A stretch of 64,000 nt of DNA from Corallochytrium limacisporum Hawaii (Eukaryota; Protista; Pluriformea): the NCBI GenBank assembly GCA_002811645.1, contig PDIP01000259.1:9768-73767 (forward strand). Direction: 5' to 3'. The position numbers and the translations under genes were made by a program. Of this stretch, positions 43,873 through 53,299 are shown in pieces. Each line of letters opens with the position of its first letter. The first letter of the stretch is position 1. The notes below the pieces were generated by a model. That model saw only the letters and a program-made list of their open reading frames with translations. It ran no database searches and was not told the DNA's origin.

Positions 43873-44891
43873 GTAGAGCAGCATGAAAAATATATTTCAA
43901 CCTGTCTTCAGATTGAAATCTCGCCAAATGCCGTCTATGCATATAATTGTTAGTGCGGTACTTGAATCTATACCAAATTTTCTTTCTGTCTACCTCCATA
44001 TTGAACATAAGAGCGTACCGGTGATTGATAAATCAAATGAAAAGTTTGGGGGCCTAGTTTACACATGTCTCCCGACCGCAAGCTGGCGGGGGGAGGCGAC
44101 TGCGCACAGCCACTTTGGAGGATTGTGTCTCGATCGGGCACCGGTCCCCTCCCAACAACAGTCCAAACCAATGAAGGCGATACAGCTGCAAACAACTGAA
44201 ACAATGGATAAATACTGTACAACCGGTATTGAACCGTCTCGTCTGCGCAGCATGGTTCCTGACTGTGGTACTGGTACACCACCATACCACGGGATCAAGC
44301 ATCCGCGTATTATTCCAAACTGGAGAACGGAGATCTTGTTTTTCCGGGACCTCTTGGGTGCACTGGGTTTCCTTAAGTCGTCCGATTGGTCAGGTTTTGG
44401 TTCCAATGGTCGAGCCAGCCTTTCTTTAGAAATAGTTGCTTGCTTGGGCTTGGGTACACGTGTGAAACTTAGAGCCAACCGGGGGATAGGGGAAGATATC
44501 GCACCTGAATACGCAAAAGATTAGGCAAAACAATTGACAGGTTTAAAGTGCGCTCTGGACAGAGGGCCATTTTTTGTTGCCTAATCAGCCGAAATTTTCC
44601 CGACACTTAAGTGCTACTGACTGTGCATAGGAACCAAGCCGATTCCACCAAGTCCGGATTTTACGGTTGGACGGAGTTTATTTACCGTGCCGCTACGATG
44701 TTGTTGTAAAGGCCTTTTGCGTGTTTTCGGTTCGTTGTTAGCTGCTTCTGTAACAACATCAAGACGGTATGTTTGAGTGGTTCAACACTGTCGAGAATTG
44801 GTATTCAAGACGCGTGTGGTTGCATTATGTGTTGATGCTCCGTGTCACAAATTTTATCACCTAAGAGTCTAATCATCTTAGTGCAAGGAAT

Positions 44892-46523
44892 ATGCCAGGG
44901 GCACCGAAAGAGTTTTGGTTGTCGAAAGACGACCCTTTCCCGAAGCCTCTCAAACAGCTGGCTGAGGGTGCTTCCGTGCGCGATCAGGAAACAATGACTC
45001 TACTGGCAGATATGTCTGCTCCGAAACGTGCCCTTGTGCAGAGCTCTTTCTACCTCTCTCGACTTGCCGATCCGGAGAAGGCCAAGGAAGACTTGAAGGA
45101 GATAATGACTTCTTTCAACAGTGCTTTGGAGGCCCAAAAGGATATGCCTTCACTGCTTGATGGTCTTGCTCCCTTCGAGACGAAGGACGACAAGGTCAAA
45201 GTCTTCGATGATCTGATGAAATGGGCGAAGGAGCGTGGAGTTGTCGGGGTTGACAACTTTGAGATAGATGTCGACTACGCAGAAGGGCCAGGTCTGAAAT
45301 GTAAGACGGAGATCAAGAAGGGTGACATGTGCCTGATCATGCCCCTGAAAACCATGCTGCACGAGAAGAGTGTGCACGCCAACAATGCTCTACTTGGTGT
45401 CAAGAAAAAGCTCGAACTGAAGGGAACGGATTACCTACAGCTGCTGCTCTTGAAGGAAGTTGCGAAGAAGGGTGACAGTGCTTGGTCTGCATATATTAAC
45501 GCTTTGCCTCGCACCTACGATACTCCTCTGTATGCATCCTTTGAGGACATGCAGGCCTTTGAGCATGACCCACACATTTTGGCTGAGACCGCCAAGCTGA
45601 ACAAGTTTGTTATGCGAAGCTATCTAAACATAATGACCAGTCTTGAGGGCAAGACTGCCAGCCTAGGTATCCCTCAGATCTCTCTGGCTGACTGGCGCTG
45701 GGCTTATCAGACCATTATTTCGAGGCAGAACAATCTGACTTACAACCCAGAAAAGAAAGACTACATTCTCGCTCTGATTCCGGTCTGGGACATGGCAAAC
45801 TACGACTACAGGGGAACCATTACCACTGTATTCGATCCCGCTAAGGAAGTTATGGAATGCTCCGCCAAGAAAACTTTCCAAGCGGGTGATCAATTCTACA
45901 TTTTCTACGGGATGCGGCCAAACCACCTCTTGTTCCTCTATCAGGGATTCGTGCCGGAAAAGAACAATGCGGACATCTTCCCTTTGTCGTTGTCTCTCAA
46001 ACCAAACGCTGAACACCAGCAGGATAAGCGGGTTGCCCTCCAAAGGGCACAGTTCCAGTCACCGGGAGTGACCCTGAACGTCAAGCGAGACGGAGAAGTG
46101 CCTCTGGAGGTCATGCCCATGGCCCGCTGTTTGTGTGCCAATGGAGAAGACATCAAGAAATCAAAAGAAAAGGTTGGCTTTCTTGATATCAGTAAGCCCC
46201 AGGACTTCGAATTTGAGAGTCGGGCCATCGGTTTCCTGCGCACTCGCGTCAACATCCTCAAGATGCACCGTGAGCGTGCTCTGAAAAAGCTGCAGGAAGG
46301 CGGCGCCGCCAATGGAAAGTACGTGCAGGAGGCGATCCGCATACTCGAAGGTCATATTGAAGCTTTGGGCAACTGCGCCATCAAACTTGACCGCGAAAAG
46401 CAGGTCATTGACCGGGTTATTGCTGGTGAGGACGTACAGACAGTGTACAACGAGTACGAAGCAGAGAACAAGAAACTGCAAGAAGAGGAGCAGAAGAGGC
46501 TCATCGCCGAGGAAGAGGTTTAA
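44892..46523 (+). CDS. SETD3: SETD3-like SET-domain methyltransferase with a Rubisco-LSMT substrate-binding domain
   Basis: G.GL, S.W..YI..LP..Y.TPLY, WRWA...I.SRQN, LALIP.WDM.N and Q.YIFYG.R.N......GF. Confidence 0.8.
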   Translation: MPGAPKEFWLSKDDPFPKPLKQLAEGASVRDQETMTLLADMSAPKRALVQSSFYLSRLADPEKAKEDLKEIMTSFNSALEAQKDMPSLLDGLAPFETKDDKVKVFDDLMKWAKERGVVGVDNFEIDVDYAEGPGLKCKTEIKKGDMCLIMPLKTMLHEKSVHANNALLGVKKKLELKGTDYLQLLLLKEVAKKGDSAWSAYINALPRTYDTPLYASFEDMQAFEHDPHILAETAKLNKFVMRSYLNIMTSLEGKTASLGIPQISLADWRWAYQTIISRQNNLTYNPEKKDYILALIPVWDMANYDYRGTITTVFDPAKEVMECSAKKTFQAGDQFYIFYGMRPNHLLFLYQGFVPEKNNADIFPLSLSLKPNAEHQQDKRVALQRAQFQSPGVTLNVKRDGEVPLEVMPMARCLCANGEDIKKSKEKVGFLDISKPQDFEFESRAIGFLRTRVNILKMHRERALKKLQEGGAANGKYVQEAIRILEGHIEALGNCAIKLDREKQVIDRVIAGEDVQTVYNEYEAENKKLQEEEQKRLIAEEEV

Positions 46524-46631
46524 ACTTTACCGAGAAAACATCACTAAAGTGTAATCATCAAATAGATAGTCAAATGCATGGTAACTAGCAGGCAACATTA
46601 CTCAGCGCAAGTGACAGGCAGAAAGATAATG

Positions 46632-47009
46632 TTAGTCCACATCGATTGCTGAGTCGCGGGTAGGCATGATATTCTTGCTGCCGTCCGCCACGTTCTCTCC
46701 TATCCACTTCATGTACGCACCATGGCCAGCCACAATGGGAATTCCTATGATCTCTGGAACATCATAAGGATGAACAGAAATTATCTCGTGTTCCAGCTCA
46801 TCAAATCTTCCTAGATCTGTCTTGATCGTCAGTTGATACTCGCCCTCTTTCTCGTTCTTGCCTTGCCACATATAGGAGCTTGTGACCGGGTAGATGTTGC
46901 AACATGCAGCCAGCTGCTTTTCCAAAAGATGTTGCGCAACCTTTTCTGCATCATCTTTGGTTGGTGCGGTCACAAAGACCATGCCGTACTGTCTGCCACC
47001 CCTAGTCAT
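46632..47009 (-). CDS. CUTA: CutA divalent cation tolerance protein
   Basis: V.VTAP...A...A..LLE..LAAC.N...V.S.Y.W.G....E.E..L.IKT and HPYDVPEII. Start is 47009 or 47030. Confidence 0.93.
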   Translation of the reverse strand: MTRGGRQYGMVFVTAPTKDDAEKVAQHLLEKQLAACCNIYPVTSSYMWQGKNEKEGEYQLTIKTDLGRFDELEHEIISVHPYDVPEIIGIPIVAGHGAYMKWIGENVADGSKNIMPTRDSAIDVD

Positions 47010-47911
47010 TGTGGTGTTTTTGCGGATCATACAAATGACTCCTTGGGTGCAATCTCGGTAGCTACGATGACAAGACTGGGTGTGGATACCCTTTAGATGC
47101 CAACTAAACACTCTCGTTCGCACTATTCCGATCATTCAGCTTACTGGCGGACGAAGAACCAGCTCAATCTTCAGTGAAAACGAGCACCCATCATCTGGCT
47201 ACAGCCCATTGAGTACCTTGCGGACCTCTCAAAGTAGAATATCATCATATTGTGATCCTTAGTCATCCCCGACTTCGGACCTTATCAAGCTGGTAGGTCC
47301 AAATTAGTAATATAAGAGGGCGACACGGGCTGCACAGAGAAAATAGGCCCCCAATTTATTTTCATTAAAGTGCTGGTTAGGGGAAATGCTACAGAGAGCG
47401 CACCTGGGCGGAGATCCCGGGAACGGTTCAAAATCTGAACCTTTTACCGACACAAACGGGGCCCGTAAATTGGAATCGCTGCGGTACTGAGAGTACAGGG
47501 AAACCCGCTGCTCGATGCTGACCATTTTGCACACGGCCGATGACGAATGGGCAGTGGGCTCGTACAACCGAGTGTGCACCCCAACTTGGAGTGTCTGGAT
47601 CGGTGGCAATCAGTTTCACACGTTCTTGGGGCAGCTCAATGGATACAGTTCGTTCTTCTCATTTTAGTTGGCAAGTGTGTGCGAGGGCGCCGAAAACGAG
47701 GATTGCCATGAGCCAGTCTCTATTCTCCTAACCACGTTCGGGTTTTTGTTTAGGCAATGTGTAGGAATTGCTCGTTAGGACACAAACGTAACAGGGGCAA
47801 ACAACATGTGCGCACATATAACCGCATGGCTACTTGAGAAGGAGCAAACGTCTGCGGAAAGGATAAGAGTTTTGTGTTCTGCACCAGTTCTCGTACGGTC
47901 CTTGGGCCACA

Positions 47912-49250
47912 ATGTCGCACAAGTGGCCCAGGAAGTACCATCAACGGTACCACCGCACGGTTTTTGAGCAAATTCAAGACCAACGAGTCCCAAATGATCC
48001 ATACGGTGCCTTAGGTTTAGTGTAAGTATTGCTTCATGAGTTCTACTGTGCCGCAGTTTACTCAGTAATTTCTTTATTTTGGTTCTCAGCCCTCTGCTGT
48101 CAATCGCCTCATAACTTGGAGTGTTGGTGCCAAAGAACAGTTTCTGTTCGTCCCCAGACCATTACTTTTGAATCATTGAGGCAGAGTGTGCAAAAGCTGT
48201 CTTCTCGTTCTTACCTAAGAGATAGTAGAAAATTCTGCAGGCTGAGATCCGTTAGTCAGCGATATTATTTTTGTCACAGATAATCTAACATCCCTTCTTG
48301 CTATCTTTCTTCCCTTTTGGCAATACAGAAGTGACAACCGTGCCTTATTCAATCTCTCCGAAGGTGAGACCTTGACAGCTTTGGAGCTTGTGTTCCAGCG
48401 TCTAGACGCATTTACCCTTGCTAAAGCAGCGCAGGTATGTCGCTACTGGCACCGGCTCGCTAGGGACAACCGGCTCTGGAATGAACTTGTGTACCGGCGA
48501 TTTGGATTGCGTAAGAATGCAAATTTGAGAGTACTTGGCATGGACTCCTGGGCCCAGCTCTACAAGGAATGGTCCATTGATTGCCGCATGCCCCTCCATA
48601 TCCGTGGCAAGGGTAGCGATGGCGTCAGTTTTGCACGAGGTTGCAATCGCAGTCGGAGTGTCTTTGTGTGGGCCACTGTGAATCACACGGCCAACTGTCA
48701 GCTCCGCAGTATTCCTGATGACCCTGGGAGGGCTTACATTAGTATTGTCGTGGTTCTACAGAACACTCTTGCTGAAGCTGTGTATTTCCATCTCGAGGAC
48801 ATCTGGCTCAAGCGAAAGGACGACCAGTACATAGAACCATTCTTGTTCGACGGCAAAAGCTGTGGGTCAGTAACGCACCATGCACTAGGGCCCAAAGTTT
48901 TTGTCGCAAAGATTGCCCAGTATATAACTATGACGGAAAGTCAGCTGCAGAAAGGCATCCGTCTAGACTACATGCAACCGCAGTGCGTGCTCATGAACTT
49001 CCCGGTCTATGATTCTGCATATGAGGCCCAGGCCTTGGACCATTTCTCTAGATTCGGTGTCTATGTGTGCTTCAAAGATCCCCGATTCACTGTAGATGAA
49101 ATGGAAGGTCTGCCACTCGAAGCATCGATAGACGGCGAGAGAAAGGACCTCCTGGTCGCAGACTTTCGTGAAAAGGTCATCTTTGACCACTATACGCGTC
49201 TCCCTGGAGATTTCTGGGTGTTTAATGAGCATGCCAACCAGGGTGAGTAG
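47912..49250 (+). CDS. F-box protein, two exons (47912-48021 and 48329-49250; 343 aa)
   Basis: cacaATG start as in other genes here. Splicing joins MSHKW...YGALGLV to SDNRALFNLSE...LELVFQRLDAFTLAKAAQVCRYW..L..DN.LW (F-box) in frame. The track ORF lacks an ATG before the F-box. Confidence 0.8.
48022..48328 (+). other. Spliceosomal (U2-type) intron, 307 nt
   Basis: GTAAGT donor at 48022, branch point CTAAC ~48285-48289, polypyrimidine tract and TACAG acceptor at 48328. Removal gives a 1032-nt CDS in frame. Confidence 0.85.
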
Positions 49251-50012
49251 CGCAGGCTGCCTGCTCTTTTCATATTTCCATATCAACATCGCACACATAC
49301 CGCATCATTACCATCATCGTCCACATCCATCCATATCGTCCATACCATAGTCACAACATTTCCGTATACATACACGCGTACACCATAAATATAGTCCTTT
49401 GGATTCGTCTCATTCTTTCTGCTGTAGAAGGATCGACTGACAATGCGCAAAAAGACCCTCCGCTTGACCAAAACCCATCATCATAGTCATCGTCCGCGGC
49501 ATCAATGGACTCCGGTCGTCCGAACGTACAAAAACCCGTCCCCCACTCGAGCCTGCAAGGGTGGGGGTGGCAAAAGTGCCCGTGCTCATATATTTCTCTA
49601 CGGGCACGCAAACCCAGAATCGGCACTTTTTTGGTAGTGTACCGCCGTACACGGCAGCTTTGCTTTCTTCTGGGTGGTGGTCGGGAAGTAAAGGCGGGGT
49701 GGGCGCGAAATTTCCCCGGCCCGATGCGCCCCGGGTGTATGTGGGTCTGACACGGGGGCCGGTATAGACGAGTCTCACGGGGCGTGCTATGTTGGGGTCA
49801 CGAAAGAAAAACGTCAGCAGTCGCCGCTCGGCTGGCTCATTTTGAGCAGGTAGTTCTGACTGTTTGGCCAGAAACAAGTCTCTCAAGAAACTGACGAATG
49901 AAATCTTCCTGACTTTGAGCTTATAGTGGGATGTGAAATATTAAATGATGACCCGATGGGGTGCTTTGACCGTAAGCAATAGACTGAAGCGGAATACAAG
50001 GTTCCAACAGCC

Positions 50013-52748
50013 ATGAGTTTGGAAAGTCCGCGCAGGAAACACTGCACGTTGCACTTGTGTGCAATCGCATCCTTGAACTGGACTGCTGGTATTATCGTAA
50101 TGGACCGCACAGATTCAAGGGTGAATTCGATCAATAGGGAGTTCGGGTTAGACCTGAAGACGTGTGTTGAGGAAGCGGAATTGATTTCGCGGCGTGGGGG
50201 CATCGATTTCCTGGTCATTGCCAGTGGAAAGGAAAATCGATTTGTTCTAGGTGCTGATATTAGCAGTCAGCTGCCTTATCATACACCAGAGGAGTTCAGT
50301 GAAGCAATCAGTTCCCTTCAGACGATTCTGAATAAGATTGAAGACATCGGAGTTCCCACGTTTGCAGTCATCAATGGCGAGGCACTTGGCGGTGGTTTGG
50401 AGATTGCCATGGCTTGTGATTACCGGCTAGTTGACCAGAGTGTGACTCAGCTTGGGTTGCCGGAGGCAAAACTTGGTTTAGTTCCTGGAGTTGGTGGATG
50501 CACCCGCCTACCTCGCTTCTGCGGATTCTACACGGGGGTAACCATGTGCGTAACAGGTAAGATTGTGACTGCTCGGGAGGCTAAGGAATTGGGACTTGTC
50601 ACGGCGCTTCTAGAACCAGGCAGAGCTCAGGCCAAACGGATAGTGTCTTCTCCGCGTGGCAGCGCCATTCAGACTATCGACGGGGAACGGGTGAGCACGG
50701 TCAGCCTTGCTGATGTTATTGCTGGCGATGGTAACTCGAACAAGCAAATTCACTATGAGTTCCGCTTTGTTTCCGAGCTCAGTGCGTTGCTCAGGACGGG
50801 AAGCAGGTATCGTAAGCCCCTAGGCTGGCGTGGCAAGTTTCCCTCCCACACGTTCTTCAACACATGGCTGGAACAGCAGTTCTTCAAGGCGATTGTTTTG
50901 CGACAGATCGACAATAACACTAAACGCCATTTCCCTGCCCCTTACATTATTTTGGACTGCTGCCTGAACAGCTGGAATGAGAAGAACAGGGAAGATGCTC
51001 AGAAGTATGAAGTGATGAGTTTTTCTTTGGCGGGCATGACCCACCAGAGCCAAAGCCTGATCCACATCTTTAGCAAGTCTCGCTCGCTGAAACGCTTTGC
51101 GGTCGAGTTCGGAGCTCCTTGGGAGCCAACAAAGCCGCTCACCACTGAAGAGAAGACGGCCAAGGGGTTGCACAAGATGCCCAAGGTTGATGGCGTTGTT
51201 GTTTTGGGAACATCTACAGAAAGTGTATTTATGGTATACCACGCACTGTCGCGTCGGAACATGGAAGTTGTACTCATGACCACACCGGGCGACAAGACTG
51301 ACCTTCATGATCTACTAAATAAGGTGCGTGCAATGTGGGAACCAATGCTCAAGCGCAAGAAAATTACAGGAAATGAAATGGAGGCCCGGTTGGCAGCCGT
51401 CCAAACCCTTGAAATACCTTCGCAATTGGATACTGCTACGAAGCTTTTTGAGGAATCAAGGTACTATGGAAAGGCATATGTGGTAGTGGAAAGTAGCAGA
51501 CACATTACTGGTTACGCTGGATACGTAATCCAGGCGCTGGAGAAGGCGGGTGCTGATGCGTGCAGCATGATCTTGTCCATTGGTCCCTCGACGCAGTCAC
51601 TGATGGGAATGTCCGAAGAAATTCGCGCAGCAGACGTTTCGGGCTCTGTGAATCTAGACTCGAATGTGTGCAGCCTCATCAGCGAGAAGAGCCCCATTGC
51701 AGAGATTGCCTGTCGTTCTGACAGTGACATAGAGACGGTGATCACAAATCGAAGACGGTGTGCCATCTTGGCGCAGAAGATTGGCAAAATGCCCGTAGTC
51801 CACTTTGGGGACAGCATGTTGACTGCTCGACTAGCCTGTTCGTACTTCGACACTGCCATCCGTCTCACCCGTGGCAGCGATGCCGTGACCACCATGCAAA
51901 GCCTGGATCGAATGCTCATGGATGCCGGATTCGTTATGGGTCCGTTCGCCATGATGGATAGTCTAGGGCTCGTCCCCTGCATGCGAATGGCCCGGCGTAT
52001 CCTTCCTGGCAGTGCACTCTGCTCTGTTTTGGAAACGCTCACTACTTCTGTGACTGTTGATGGTCAGGCCGGCAAAAAGAGCGGTCGTGGATTTTATGTC
52101 TACAACGAGAAGGGACGAATTCGGAACGGTAACCAGGAGGTCGAGAAGGCCGGCCTTAAGGCCGGCGACCATCGCAAGAAGAAACAGAAGAAGACGAAGA
52201 CGAAGCATCCAAGCAACCGCGAGATCGTAGATGTGGTCAACTTTGCCGTTGCTGAAGTGGGTCTGAAGATCGCTATCAAGGAAGCGGAACAGGGCGGTGA
52301 CCTTGAGTCCCTTCTTAGCATGGTTGATGTTGTGGGGACCATGGCACTGGCCATGTCACCGGCGACTGGAGGTCCATGCTTCTACGGAGACGCAGTCGGC
52401 CGCAAGGAAGTCAAAACCCGTCTCTACAGCTTTGCCCGACGCATTGAGGCCATTGCAAACGAAGAGCTACCCGGTAGCCCCCGCGCAAGCCAGTACAGCG
52501 CCGACACCACGGACGCTGAGCCTCAGAATGCAACCGCACAGTGGGTGCGCAAACTCTTCAACAATGAAATCGACCGCGCATTTTATCACGACGACCACGA
52601 ATGTCACCAACGTGCGGTGCCGTATCCGTTGAAACACTCCGTGATGAGCATCTGGATCCAGCTCAGCTTGATCATCGCGCTTGTTGTGGCCTTCCTCACT
52701 GCCCTGGTTTTGGTTTCCGTTTCGGATGTGCGTTCGGACTGGCAGTAG
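50013..52748 (+). CDS. HADHA/FadJ-like multifunctional beta-oxidation protein: enoyl-CoA hydratase, degenerate 3-hydroxyacyl-CoA dehydrogenase and C-terminal TM
   Basis: F..GADI, A.ING.ALGGGLE, LGLPE.KLG..PG.GG..RLPR, FPAP, GF.MGPF...D..GL, G.K.G.GFY.Y and TGGP..Y.D..G. Confidence 0.88.
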   Translation: MSLESPRRKHCTLHLCAIASLNWTAGIIVMDRTDSRVNSINREFGLDLKTCVEEAELISRRGGIDFLVIASGKENRFVLGADISSQLPYHTPEEFSEAISSLQTILNKIEDIGVPTFAVINGEALGGGLEIAMACDYRLVDQSVTQLGLPEAKLGLVPGVGGCTRLPRFCGFYTGVTMCVTGKIVTAREAKELGLVTALLEPGRAQAKRIVSSPRGSAIQTIDGERVSTVSLADVIAGDGNSNKQIHYEFRFVSELSALLRTGSRYRKPLGWRGKFPSHTFFNTWLEQQFFKAIVLRQIDNNTKRHFPAPYIILDCCLNSWNEKNREDAQKYEVMSFSLAGMTHQSQSLIHIFSKSRSLKRFAVEFGAPWEPTKPLTTEEKTAKGLHKMPKVDGVVVLGTSTESVFMVYHALSRRNMEVVLMTTPGDKTDLHDLLNKVRAMWEPMLKRKKITGNEMEARLAAVQTLEIPSQLDTATKLFEESRYYGKAYVVVESSRHITGYAGYVIQALEKAGADACSMILSIGPSTQSLMGMSEEIRAADVSGSVNLDSNVCSLISEKSPIAEIACRSDSDIETVITNRRRCAILAQKIGKMPVVHFGDSMLTARLACSYFDTAIRLTRGSDAVTTMQSLDRMLMDAGFVMGPFAMMDSLGLVPCMRMARRILPGSALCSVLETLTTSVTVDGQAGKKSGRGFYVYNEKGRIRNGNQEVEKAGLKAGDHRKKKQKKTKTKHPSNREIVDVVNFAVAEVGLKIAIKEAEQGGDLESLLSMVDVVGTMALAMSPATGGPCFYGDAVGRKEVKTRLYSFARRIEAIANEELPGSPRASQYSADTTDAEPQNATAQWVRKLFNNEIDRAFYHDDHECHQRAVPYPLKHSVMSIWIQLSLIIALVVAFLTALVLVSVSDVRSDWQ

Positions 52749-53299
52749 TACAGATGTTCTGAATGATTTCAATCTTTTTTTTTTCACTAAATTTCGCCAT
52801 GCCTTTTAGTTGAGTCCGTACATTACTGTTGAGACACCATTTTGAGAGGCGTAAAGCATACCGCTAGTGCCTACCGCCATTTCACTACTGGATTACCTTT
52901 CCTATCCATAGGCTGAGGTCATCGTCACCATAATCAAGATCAAACCTCATCAGTAACATCGTCATCACTGTCAGACAACTGTTTGGTTGGCTTTTTTAGC
53001 AGCCATTCAGTGTAGGGCCATGGTGGTCGCATGTTTCCGCATACGCAACAGATTCTCCCATCGGTTCCTACAATTTCTTCGCGACTACGACACCCTTTGC
53101 CCACAACGATGGAATCCAATTCACAACCATCGTCATACGCTTTTCCGAGAACCAAACGGATCAAAAGCGTCTGCAGACAAAACAAAGGGACAGCCACCAG
53201 AATCCGCCGTCCACATGACCCAAACAAACAGACACCGCATCATCAGGACTCCAAGTTGCTTTGGATCCCTGTGCGTGTGCACACTGCTACATGCATCGG

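Noticed and set aside
43883-44524. 213-aa ORF upstream of SETD3
   Set aside because: No recognisable motif and atypical composition. It cannot be supported without expression data.
48145-48195. GTCCCC...GGCAGAGTGTGC resembles RNase MRP CR-I/P8, and GCTGAGA at 48241 resembles a TPP riboswitch motif
   Set aside because: There is no GAAA before GTCCCC and no 3' ACxxGGGGCT partner for MRP. There is no ACCTGAT/TAAT...GCG core for TPP.
50013-50060. RRKHCTLHL as a PTS2 peroxisomal signal
   Set aside because: The second position is R rather than L/V/I/Q, so it does not fit the consensus.
52900-52980. Box C/D-like words (GTGATGA, CTGA) on the minus strand, with similar ones near 49480
   Set aside because: No terminal D box or stem at proper spacing and no recognisable rRNA guide. 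They are likely GAT/CAT-rich UTR sequence.
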